Source of the DNA: the human T2T-CHM13v2.0 reference genome, Homo sapiens
Reading direction: 5' to 3' (one strand)
NCBI RefSeq assembly: GCF_009914755.1
Contig: NC_060926.1
Length of the DNA stretch: 64,000 nt
Within the stretch, counting starts at the first letter, position 1; each line of letters opens with the position of its first letter. The translations under genes and the position numbers were made by a program. The notes under the pieces were generated by a model that was not told where the DNA came from, did no database searches, and saw only the letters and a list, made by a program, of their open reading frames with translations. Of the stretch, positions 25,401 through 41,315 are shown piece by piece.

Positions 25401-28400
25401 AGCGGCTGGGGCAAGGACTGATCCAGAGTTGATGAGGCTGAGACTGGAAGCAGAAAGGAGTTGGGTGCACTCAAGGAATCTGGAGGTGGGGCCACAGTGG
25501 GCTCTACTGCAGCCTTGATGGGGTAGGCATGGAACCGAGGGGGATACCGCACCTTCGGTTGCGGAAACTGGGAAGCCGGCAGGGCCGCTGGCTGAGATGG
25601 ATGCTGTGCTGACGGTGCACCCGGCGTGTCGTCCTCTGAGCCTTATGATCTGTCCATGTCACGGGATTTGCTCCTCAGTCTATAAATGCGATGACTTATT
25701 AATCACTCAGAATCCTGTTTCCCCCAAGATAAAAAATATAGACGCTCTCGTGAGAATAAGGTTGAGATAGAAGATATAAACATGAGGAAACCACAGAGCC
25801 GTTGCTCCATGAAGCTCTAGTTGACCTTGGGTTTGAATGCTACACGTGGCTCACAGAAGAGCAGGCCATACCCGGACTCATGTCGACCCCATGGTCAGAG
25901 ACCACACGCACACCATGCAGTGCCAGGGTGCATGGAAGTCACTTTGGCCCCTGGGATTTAGACACACCTGGGCATGTTTAGTGACCAGGCAGGGTGGGCC
26001 TGACTAACTCTATCTGCATGAAGGGCTGAGCAGCCTCCTGGGGGAGAATGAGGATTCATGCTAGGGGAAGAGGGAGCTTGGGCAGACACCTTATATGATG
26101 CTGTTGCTTAAACTGATCTCCAGGGACAGAGGCTCACCAACCAAAATATGAGTCCTATGGTGGGAAGAGAAAATATCAGCAACAATTACAAAAAGTGATG
26201 CTGCTAACATCTCTGTAAGATCTAGATGAAAGCCCCTGCCCCGAGGTCATCCCCAAGCACCCCTGTTCTCGTAGCACAGAGCCCCTAGCATCAGCAGGCA
26301 CCAGCCAGCCCTGCAGCAGCACTCAGCGGGCAGGTGCCTGGCGGGTCCAGTAGAATCAAGGAGAAGGAGCAGGTGTGGCCAGGAAAGGTGCAGATGTCTG
26401 GGAGTAACCAGGATAACTGGAGGGTGCTCCTGAGGGTAGGGCTGACACCGCAGGGTCAGAGGAGGTGGGAAAGGAGACAGTTGCCAACATGTGTTTCCTG
26501 GAAGACCTTTTATCTCAGCTGAGACACTCCTGGGAACTCCAAAAATAAAAATAAAACAAAATGTACAGGGGAAATTTTGTATGGAACAGAGTTCCTATCC
26601 AAGAGATGAGGTTAGAGCCAGAGACACCGAGGCCACAGACAACACTGATATCCCACAATCAAGTCACATCCTCTCCCAGAAACCCTCCAACAACACTTGC
26701 CCAGACCCAGTCCCAGGACCCCAGGGGTATTGTCACCTCTCTCTTCTGCACAATCGTCTCTTTTAAAAAAGTTCTTCTCTCTCAATTTGTGCTGACTTCT
26801 TTCCTGACGGTTTTGTTAAGCGCCATTGTTCTCAATCGATAATTTAACATCTAATTCCAAAAACAAAATAATAAACATGTCCCGACAGCTTTGCGGAAGT
26901 ATATAATTAACCGCTTTTGCAGGTGTCTTCCTTTCACATATTTCTTAAAAGTTTCAGAGATCTTTTGAAGTTCTTTTTTAATAAAGAAGCTATTTTTAAC
27001 CAAATGTGAATACCGGTCATTTCATGGGTTGGAATGGAGTATTTTTAAACAAGTCTTAATGCCTTTCCCATACAGATGCCTCAGCTGGGTGCTGCAGCCG
27101 AGATGGAGCCTGATGGTGGCAACAGGCCCCCACCCCTCCGCACACGGCCGGGCCACCCCCCGGTACCTCCCACAGGACCTGTGAAGGTTACGGGTCTGGT
27201 GTTGGTGTCTCCAAAGCATCAGCTCCTGAAACTCCTCAAGGAGGTGTCACAGAAGGAAGCTAGATCTGCAGAAGTGCCTTGATAAAGTCCTATTTTTATA
27301 AAAGCCATGTTTCCCATGGCAGAAAAGTCAGGAAATGAAGAAAAAAGTATAAAGAAGAAAACACAAATTACCCATGACATCAACATCTCAAAATAATAAT
27401 ATGCTTTTCTGAGTCCCAGTTTCCCTCACTCAACATGGGAATAGTGTAGGTGACGAGGGTTGTGGTTGGAGTCACAGTGAATGTCGTTAGCGCACTTTGT
27501 GTGGGGTGTGGACCTGGCTCACAAGGTGACCTGTTCACAAGAGCTGCTCTTCCCCTTGTGGAGGGATGCCTCTCCATGGATTTCTGTTCTGGGGACTCAC
27601 GGCCCCAGCCTTGCTCTCTGGACCTGAGCAGGATGCAACTGACCCAAGAGCGAGCACATCAGACTCTCTGTCTCTAACGTGGCTTTTACAGGGGCCTAGA
27701 GCCTTCGGGGTGGGGGAAAGCCTTCTCCTGCCATTGCACGCAGAGCACCAGAGAGAGCCAGGCTCCCGAGAGGGACCATGCAGGCACCAAGAGAGGTAGG
27801 ACTTGAGGGCAGTGCAGCTGGAAGGCCAGGCCCAGGCCTCCTGGAGCCATTCCAGGTCCAGCCCAGTATTTGCTGCCCCTGGGGAACCTCGTTCACACTG
27901 ACATCAACTAGAGTTGGCTTTTCTTAAGATTATTCCGAGCCGAGGGAAGGTTAATTTATGCACTGGGCAGTATGTTCAGCTCTGTGATGCCAGCTGACCA
28001 TCATTGAGAACTTCTCTGTGCTCACCACTCATCTAAGCTCTACGTGCAGCACCAGGAACCCTGACAGCCATGTTATGTGTGTTCTGTTTTCTCCATTTCT
28101 CCACACATGAGAAACCCAAGTCCAAGCTCAATGAACGCACTTGCCTAGGATCAAAAATCTGGAAAGTGGCTGGTTTGGGATTCAAACCCCAACCATCCTA
28201 TCCTAGAGCCAGTCCTCAAAGCTGTGCCCTCAACTGCTGAGACAGCAGTGATCCTGCAGAGGGAGGGTATGGGAAGACACCTTCATTCTGAACTATTCCC
28301 ATTCTTCTCCCTTTTCTAGAGTTGGAAAGGTTGCAGATTCTCTGCCCAACCAAAAGTTTCAGAGGAACAACTCTGTGCCAGGCACCCTTCTAAACTCAGA

Positions 28401-31400
28401 TAATTAGAGATAAAATTAGGCAAACTCTGCCCCGGAGAGCAAGCCTGGGAGATGGCCGTGCCTGTACGCACTTGCAATGTAAGGCGCTGGGAGTCGGGGC
28501 TGGAGTTGGGAAGTCCAGGGGACAAACAGTGGAGGCTGAAGTGCCCCCCAACTTATCCTATGAACCCTTAAAGCCCACCCTTCTGACTGCCCACCGCCAG
28601 GTAACTGAGTCGCCCCTTCCTTCACAATTTGTGCCGCTGCTCACCCACACCCTGGGTCCAGGGAAACACCCATCAGCCCACGGGTATGCTAACCGGCCTT
28701 GTGAGGGTGTTTTCCTTCCAAAGGCTGCGAATCAAGGCCTCACTGCATGCCCTTCACCTCTTGTCCCAGCCAGATGCTACTGGAGTCCTCAATCTATCAA
28801 CATACCCCAATGTCAAATGGGAGACTCTTCAAACTCCCTCGGTGACACCCCAGAAAATCCCGGAGGAATGATCACTCTAGCGGCTTTTTTTTCCATCATG
28901 TCAATATTTTCAATAAACAGCCCTTTTGCTTGAGTGCTCTTAGGAATATGATTAACATAATTTCCTTCGCTTTTTCAAAATGTGATATTTCCAGGCTATT
29001 TTGGCAGGAGGAGGACACAGGCTGACTGGGGTGTGGTGCTGACACGATGCTCTTGTTTATTTTCCACACGAATATCACTACTGGAGCAGAGCCGCGGCAC
29101 TCGGTGTGCCCATCCCCAGACAATCCATCCCCAGCCGACCCCCAGCCATTTCTCTGGGGCATTTTGATGAGAAATGCAGGCATTTCCTTGAAGGAAAGGA
29201 GACCATAAACTCTGGAGCTGTCAGCTGAGTTGATTCTGTGCACAGTTTGATGCCAGCAGCCTCCTTCCGGGACTGGGACTAGGTTACTTATTTTTCAAAC
29301 GTCAGTTCATATTTCACCTCCTCCAGGAAGCTTCCCCGGCTTCTCTTTCCCACTCTTTGGCAACAGAGTTGAGTCATTCTTTCTCCTAGCTAGTATGAGA
29401 CTTTTAAAATATCTTTAGTATTGAAGTTATAATAAATACTGTACCCAAAGTTATGTGTTGCTCTGTCTGCTCCTGATAATAAATATCACTAAATTCCTTG
29501 AGGCTGGACACAGGCCCTGCTCATCTTTGTAGCCATGGCTGCCAGCACAGGGCCTGGCATGGAGCAGGGGCTTGGGGCTGCTGCACGTTGCTGGCATTCA
29601 CATCCTGCAGAATCCCCTCGCCTGGACCGCAGCCTGGGCCTCGGGACTCTTCTCTAACACATGGAACACAACAAAAGTGGCTGCATGGCACTTCTAAGAT
29701 TAAGCCACAAAAAGGCAAGGACACCTCTAGAGGGTCCCTGAGATGGCTGCACCCCAACTGCAGCCTATGGGACCCTGATCCAGAGAACACAGCTGGGCCG
29801 TGCTGGATCCCTGTCCATACGGTGCTCAATTGCTAAAGTGAACAGAATTAAATAGATGGAATCCATTCCTTACGTGAGGGTCTCAAGATTACTCTGCAGA
29901 CAGAGTGAGAGGGAATGTGTTCAAGTTGACTAAACTACCAGGACCACAGAGACACAGGAATGCCAAAGTGTCTTGGAAACCCAAAAGAGACTGTTTCAGG
30001 ACAAACAAAACCAGGTTCCAATTATACCTAGAACAGCACGATGTAGTGAAAATATAACCTAGGATTAAACATTTCTGGGTTCAGATCCAAGTCCTTTCAT
30101 ACACAGGCATTGTGGCCCTGTGAAAGGTGCTTATTCAAATTCTCTGAGCTTTTAGAGACATCTGTAAAATGCAGAACCTCAGTTATAGTAATAATTGCTT
30201 CAGCCAATATTGAAGAAATATTTACTGATAACCCCTAATGACAGATCCTCTATTAGGAGTTGGGGATATAAAGACAGACATACACTATCTCTGTCCTCCA
30301 AGATCTCAAAATGATCAGAATGACAAAGATGTTCCATGGTCTCTAAGACCTAGAAATGATCGATAAATCCCAGCTCACCTCATATTCCCATTTTAGCACG
30401 CAACACTCACACAGATTATACAGCCCAAAAATAAAAAAAAATAAGATAAACTTCTGTTTTCAATGGTTTTGATAAATTTGAGGATGAGAGACCTAAACAA
30501 TGTTATTAACTACTTAACCTTTGAAAAACTGTGAATGGAGAGACCTGTATTCTCTTGACCCTGCCCTCAGAGATAACCAAGGGAACTAGGAATACCATGC
30601 ATTTGATTTAGAGCAGAATTTCAAGGGGTTCTGTCTGTACACATTTCAAGGTTACAAGGGATGCTGGAAAATGCCCGGCCAAACGTCCATGCCGAAATTC
30701 ACTGCTGCTGCAGTGGCTTGAAGGGCAGCCTTCAACTCCCAGCCACATACCCCGGGGACTGCCCACTCCTGCCAGCAGCCCTGGCAGCTAAATTGTCCTT
30801 CCCACTGGGCCACCAGCCTCCCCATGCAACCCCACTGGCCTCAGCCATCCCCGGGAAGATGCCAAAGAGCCGTGCTCCCTTCCTCAGGTGGTCTTCGAGA
30901 GACTACATCCAGGACCTCAGGGTGTGTCTAATCTTCACATGAAACATCTTTCTTTCCAATGCTTTGACTAATGTAAACATCAGAAATGGAGCTGCACACC
31001 CCAATGAAGAACTGAAGTCTGTTTTAGTAATTCTTCAGCTCATCTAACTGAACCATCTTGGTCTAATGGAAGATTTGGATACTGCTGCTTTCACAGATAG
31101 TGAAATTTACCTGTCCCAGGTCTTCAAATGTCCTTTTGTTACACTCAATTTCAATTGTGCATTGAATTTTATACCTAAGGAGACTTGATATTTCATCTAT
31201 GATCATACGATTAACCTTGAAAACAAATGTCCTTCTCTTTTCCATCCAAGTAAGAATTGAGCCAACTTCAGATCTAAGTTCTAAGCCAAGTGAAGGGTAC
31301 TCAGGAGACCCAAACGGATTGACACCTTCCCAAGCTATAGGAGCAAGATCACTCACCATGCAGAGCTCAGCATGGTGGCAGACTGGCTTCTCGATCCTTT

Positions 31401-31754
31401 TCATGTTAGCTGTCAGCAAAGTTCCATTTGATGTAGATTCCTAGTCCAACCACAACCCTATGTCAAGGTGGGGGATGAGCATGCACAGAGCTCTGTAGAG
31501 GGCAGTAGCGACGCTGCACTCTCACCAGCCTGGCCTTGCTCCTGCTGCACCTGTGATCTTCCTGGGGGCCTTCGGAAGCAACGTGCTGGCTGTGCTGCCT
31601 CCCTCCTGTGAGCAACCTGCTTGGAAAGAACATGAAGAACAAAGGTGTGGGCCCTCTCTAAGACAGAACTGAGAGCCAGCTGCATCGGTGAGTAGAGAAT
31701 GGGAGAGAGCTCCTCCTCAGGAGTCCCAGGCAAAGCCTCCCAACACTCCAGATT

Positions 31755-32712
31755 TTTTTTTTTTTTTTTTGGCTATTATGAATAAAGCTTCTTTTTTTTT
31801 TTTTAACATTTATGTATTTATTTATTTATTTATTTATTTTTATTATACTTTGAGTTTTAGGGTACATGTGCACATTGTGCAGGTTAGTTACATATGTATA
31901 CATGTGCCATGCTGGTGCGCTGCACCCACTAACTCGTCATCTAGCATTAGGTATATCTCCCAATGCTATCCCTCCCCCCTCCCCCCACCCCACCACAGTC
32001 CCCAGAGTGTGATATTCCCCTTCCTGTGTGCATGTGATCTCATTGTTCAATTCCCACCTATGAGTGAGAATATGCGGTGTTTGGTTTTTTGTTCTTGCAA
32101 TAGTTTACTGAGAATGATGATTTCCAATTTTATCCATGTCCCTACAAAGGACATGAACTCATCATTTTTTATGGCTGCATAGTATTCCATGGTGTATATG
32201 TGCCACATTTTCTTAATCCAGTCTATCATTGTTGAACTCAAACAAATTTACAAGAAAAAAACAAACAACCCCATCAAAAAGTGGGCGAAGGACATGAACA
32301 GACACTTCTCAAAAGAAGACATTTATGCAGCCAAAACACACATGAAAAAATGCTCATCATCACTGGCCATCAGAGAAATGCAAATCAAAACCACTATGAG
32401 ATACCATCTCACACCAGTTAGAATGGCAATCATTAAAAAGTCAGGAAACAACAGGTGCTGGAGAGGATGTGGAGAAATAGGAACACTTTTACACTGTTGG
32501 TGGGACTGTAAACTAGTTCAACCATTGTGGAAGTCAGTGTGGCGATTCCTCAGAGATCTAGAACTAGAAATACCATTTGACCCAGCCATCCCATTACTGG
32601 GTATATACCCAAATGACTATAAATCATGCTGCTATAAAGACACATGCACACGTATGTTTATTGTGGCATTATTCACAATAGCAAAGACTTGGAACCAACC
32701 CAAATGTCCAAC
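31755..32712 (-). mobile_element. L1PA2, 5'-truncated and 5'-inverted (twin priming), TSD ccaacactccagatt
   Basis: Minus 3' segment ~31805-32234, then plus segment 32233-32712. 3'UTR diagnostics gacgagttagtgggtgcagcgcacc and gcattgggagatatacc. TSD at 31740-31754 and 32708-32722. Confidence 0.95.
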
Positions 32713-34250
32713 ACTCCAGATTCTAAAGCAAGGTAACTGGGGAGCATTGGAAGAGTCATCCAGCAATCGGTTGGCCGGCTGGCCCATGTCCCTAGTGCCG
32801 GTGCACCCCACTACATTTCTGGACAATCGGGGTAATACATAGTCTGATACTAGATTTCCAAAACAGAGTCTTTGGGAGTGAAAACTCTCTCTTCCAATAC
32901 TTCCCTAAAGCCTGCATGCACAGTTTATAGTTGAATTGTTACAATGATGCTTCAATATCTTCTAAGCACATCTGACCTCAGTGCTCACTTTCACAAAGTA
33001 AGTGAGTGGGAGAGCCATGACTTGAGAGTGTGAGAAGGGGCATGGGAAGGGTTGCTGCTGGATGCCCCATGGGCTGCCCTGCCACCCTCCCAGGGTCCAC
33101 CACATCACTACACGGCCACCAAGGGTAACAGCTTCCCTTGGAGGCAGGCATTACTGGCTGTACTGGGCAATGAATTCCATGATGTCCACAGCCTCCAGCA
33201 GTGTGTGTGGCACAGGAGTCTCTAGAACAGGATCTGCCCGTATGGTCGGAGCACAGCACAGTGCTCAGGGATAAGTCTGGGATTAGGGACCTGAGACTCA
33301 TCCTGCTCTGGCCATGTGACTTTGGGGTCTTCACTTTATACCTCTAAACCTCTGTTTTCTGCTGCATGAAACAAAACGGTTAGGATTCTGGTTCGACAAG
33401 AAACAGGGCCATGCGCTTTTATCTCCTCTCTTTCTCATACCCCCACTGAACCCATAAAGATAGTTTTTAAAAAGTAGAAAACTATAACACAAAGGTAAGG
33501 GAGGAAGAGAGACACATCAGTGGATGAGAGACTTCAAGGAATTTCTGGAAGACACACAGAAGTGGAGGAGGATTAGGAGACAGAACATTGAGCATCTCTA
33601 GACAGGTAGACATGCAAAGTGAGTCACATGCCTATCTGCCCCCAGGAAGGCCACGGGAGTTGAGCTCTTTGAGGCATGAGGTGCAAACACAGCAGGCATG
33701 AGGCACAGGCTGAAAGTGGAGGCATTGCTGCGGAAGCCACATCTGCTCTCCTCCAGGAGATGTTCTCTCAACTGACAATGCCATGGCAAACACAGAAACT
33801 TCCCTGTGATCATCAAGCTTATACCCAAGGTGGAAAATTAGACAATAAACAAGGAAATAAATACAGAACTAAGACTAGGAAAACCATAGATTGTGCTAAA
33901 GTGCTGAGTAAAGAATTTAAAGAGAGGGCTTTGAGTGGAAACCAGAGGTTTAGAGGCCGAGCAGGACTGGGCCTCAGGTCTTAATGAGAGCACCTTGGTG
34001 CTTGAAGTGCTTATGTTAGGTCAGTGGTAAAGAAAGCTTTCTTGGAAGAGGTGATGTTTAGGCCAGTGTCTGCTGGAAGGAAGAAGCCAGCTGTGTGGAA
34101 GTCAGGGAGAATAACAATGCAAGGAGCTGGTATTTATAAAGCAAAGACCCAAAAGTGAGGATGTGCTCAGTGTATTTGAGGGGCCTGATGCAGGGCCCAG
34201 CACCCACTAGGATCTCAACATATTTTTGTTAAAGTGAAGAAATAACTTTC

Positions 34251-34554
34251 TTTTTTTGTTTTTTTTTTTTTTTGAGATGGAGTCTCGCTCTGTCCTCCAG
34301 GCTGGAGTGCAGTGGTGCATTCTCGGCTCACTGAAAGCTCCGCCTCCCAGATTCATGCCATTCTCCTGCCTCAGCCTCCCAAGTAGCTGGGACTACAGGT
34401 GCCCGCCACCACGCCCGGCTAATTTTTTGTATTTTTAGTAGAGACAGGGTTTCACCGTGTTAGCCAGGATGGTCTCGATCTCCTGACCTCGTGTTCCACC
34501 CACCTCGGCCTCCCAAAGTGCTGGGATTACAGGCGTGAGCCACTGCGCCCGGCC
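34251..34554 (-). mobile_element. AluY with 13-bp TSD agaaataactttc, inserted in an L2-like remnant
   Basis: ccattctcctgcc, cgtgttagccaggatggtctcgatctcc diagnostics. TSD at 34238-34250 and 34555-34567. Confidence 0.96.
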
Positions 34555-35704
34555 AGAAATAACTTTCAAGAGTTTTCAAGGAGGCACGTGTGGCTTCAGT
34601 GCTGTGGGTGAGACCAGGCCATGCAGGGCTGTAAGCCAAAGTAAGTAGGCTAAAGTTTACTCTAAATGGGAGAGGAAAATGGCGATGATGAATTCTCAGT
34701 ATGTTCTGGACAGATCCCTTTGACTGTCATCTAAGAATGGAGTGTTAGGCATAAGAGTGCAAACAAAAAGCACCAGGATCACTCAGGGTTCCCCATGGCA
34801 AACAACCTCGGACAACTCCAGCTACTGCAATCTGACAAAGTATTCACTGAAAGGATAATGGTAGCTAATTATTACCTGGAGGCCTCAAGCATATGTGCCC
34901 TCTGAACCTAAAATAAGTGTTGAAAAAGAAAAATAAAGACTCAGAAGCAACAAAACCCAGAATGATACTGCCAATCATGCCCGGGCCTGGTTGAGTAGAA
35001 TTCCTGACACACCCAGCTGGACACCAGACTGGCTGTGCCTCTAGAGCTCCACTTTGCTGCTCCCACCACCCACAGCAGGAAGGGTCCCTCTCCCTCACCC
35101 TTCATCCTGCTCTGAGGTACAGAGCAATGCCTCTGACTGAGGGGACCCTTGTTCTACCTTCACTGTCATGCTTAGTCTCTGGGGTGTGAGGCAGGGTCCT
35201 ACGAGGGGGCTCATGTCTGTCAGAAGTGTAAAAAAGAAAAAAAATAGAGTGAAGAAAACTTAAGGAACGTATGGAATATCATGAAGGGGATACGTATGTG
35301 CATTATGGAAGCTCGACAAGGAGGAGAGAGCCAAAAAGCTTATTCAAAGAAATAATAACTGATGACTTTTCAAATCTGGGGAAGGAAATGGATATCCAGA
35401 TCCAAGAAGCTCCCACCAGCCCCCTCCAAAAAAACCAAATTAGATAAATCCAATGAAATACACATTGAGACATACTATTACCAAAATGTCAAAAGACAAA
35501 GAGAGAAATTTGAAAACAGCAAAAGAAAACCACCTTGTCACATACAAAGGAACCTCCACAAGAGCATCAGAGGATTTTTCAGTAGAAATTTTGTAGGCCA
35601 GAAGGGGTGGGATGACATAGGGAAAGTGCTGAAAGAAAAAACTGGCAACTTAGAATACTGTATACAGCAAAACTCTTCTTTAAAAATGCAGGACAGATAA
35701 TGAC

Positions 35705-38915
<3,211 letters not shown>

Positions 38916-40981
38916 TCACTGGAACAAAAGAATGCTAAACAGTAACATGATAACATAAAAAAGTATGAAACTCATTAATAAAGGTATACATATATGCACA
39001 CACACACACACACACAGCAGTATACTTCTGTAATGGTGGTGAGTAAATCACTGTTAATAGTAATATAAAAGTTAAAAGACAAGTATATTAAAAATAATTA
39101 TAACTTTAAAATATGTTAAAAGAAACAATAGACGTAAATTTTGATAATAACAGAAAGTGTGGAGGTGGGAAGAAGTTAAAATGGAGAGATTTTGTGTGCA
39201 ACTGAACTTAAGTTATTATCAGCTTAAATGGACTTCTATAATTATAGGATATTTTATGTCAGCTCCAAGTTGACCACACCAAAAAAAAATACCTATAGAA
39301 GATACCCAAAAGAGAAAGAGAAAGAAATCAAAGCACATAATACAAAAATCAACAAAATATATAGGAAGACTCCAAAAGAAGAAAAGACAGACAAAATAAC
39401 TATAAGGCTAACAGAAAACAAATAACAGAGGGGCAATTGTAAATCCTTTCCTATCAATAATTACTTTAAATTACAATGGATTAAACATACAATGGCTGAA
39501 TGGATTTTTAAAAGACAATAAATAAAAGACAGAGTGGCTGAATAATTTTTTAAAAAAGAAGAACCAACTGTATGCTATTTACAACAAACTCACTTTAGAT
39601 TTAAGGACACACAGAAAATGAAAGTGAAGGAATGGAAAAGTATGTTTCATTCAAATGCTAACCAAAAGAGAGCACAGATGGCTATATGTATATCAGAAAA
39701 AAATCAACTTTAAATCAAAACTTGTGACAAGAGAAAAAGAATGACATTGTATAATAATAAAAGGGTCAATCCACCAGAAACATAAAACAATCACAAATAT
39801 GTACGCACCCAACACCAGAACACCTAAATATATAAAGCAAAACTTAACAAAACTGAAGGGACACATTGACAAAAATACAACAATACTGAGACTTTTATGC
39901 CCTACTTTCAATAGTGGACTGAACATTCAGACAGAAGATCAATAAAGCAATAGAGGACTTGAATAACACTATAGACCAAAAGGAACTACCAAACTTTGGC
40001 AGAACCTTCCATCCAACAGCAGCAGAGTGCACATTCTTCTCAACTGTACATGGACCTATCTCCAGGATAGATTACAGGTTAGGTCACAAAACAAGTCTTA
40101 ACAAACTTAAGAAGGTTGTAACCATGCCAAATATTTTTTTTCTACAATGGAGTGAGACTAGAAATCAGTAGCAGAAGAAAACTTTGAAAACTTACAAATA
40201 TGTAGAAATTAAACAACACATTTGTGAATGACCATTGAGTTAAAAAAATCAAAGGGAAATCAAAATGTATTGAGCCAAATGAAAATGAAAACACAACACA
40301 TCAAAACTTATGGAATGCAGCAAAAGCAGTACTAAGAGAGAAGTTAATAGTGATAAATAACTGCATTGAGAAAGAACAAAGATCTCAAATAAACAACTCA
40401 CCTTTACATCTCAAAACATCAGAAAAAGAACAAACTGACCCCAAAGTTCACAGGAGGAAAAAAAATAATGAAGATTAGAATAATAATTGAAATAGTAAAA
40501 TAAAACAATAGAAAAAATAGATAAAACTAAGAAAGGTTTTTTTAGAAAAATAAAATCGACAAAACTTTAGCTAGATTACAGAAAAAAGAGGGAGGACTCA
40601 GATAAATAAAAGCAGAAACAGACATTACAACTGATACCACAGAATTAAAAGGTATCATATGAGACTACTATGAATAATTATACAACAACAAACTGGATAG
40701 TCTAGAAGAAATTGATAAATTCCTAGAAACATGCAACCTATGAAGACTAAATCATGAAGAAATAGAAAATCAGATCCATAACTAGTATGGAGATTGAATA
40801 AATAATCAAAGACTTTCCAACAAGAAAAACCCAGGACCAGATGGAGTCTCTGGTGAATTCCACCAAACATTTACAGAATTAACATGAATCTTTCCCAAAC
40901 TCTTACAAAAAAAAGTCAAGGAAGGAAATACTTCCAAACCCATTTTATGAGGCCAAAGATACCACAGATAAGAAAACTGCA

Positions 40982-41196
40982 GGCCCAGTACCCTGGCTAA
41001 CACCTATAATCCCTACACTTTGGGAGGCCAAGGCAGGAGGATCACTTGAGGCCAGAAGTTCAAGACCAGTCTGGGCAACATGGCACCCAGAGGTGGATTC
41101 CTTGAGCCTGAGAGTTTGAGGTTGCAGTGAGCTATGATCACACCATTGCATTCCAGTCTGGGTGAAGGAGTGAGACCCTGTTTCAATTAAAAAAAA
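40982..41196 (+). mobile_element. AluJ-like with internal deletion of the linker region
   Basis: Left arm to ctgggcaacatggca joined directly to right-arm gaggtggattccttgagcc...gtgagaccctgtttc. Confidence 0.85.
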
Positions 41197-41282
41197 CAGA
41201 AAGAGGAAAGAAGAAGGAAGAAGAATGGAGGAAGGAAGGAAGGAAGGAAGGGAAGGGAAGGGAAGGGAAGGGGGAGGAACAA

Positions 41283-41315
<33 letters not shown>
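41197..41315. repeat. (GGAA)n/(GAA)n polypurine tract derived from the Alu tail
   Basis: Direct reading. Confidence 0.93.

Noticed and set aside
32189-32842. 217-aa ORF
   Set aside because: Chimeric read-through of the L1 inversion junction, ORF2 C-terminal fragment and flank.
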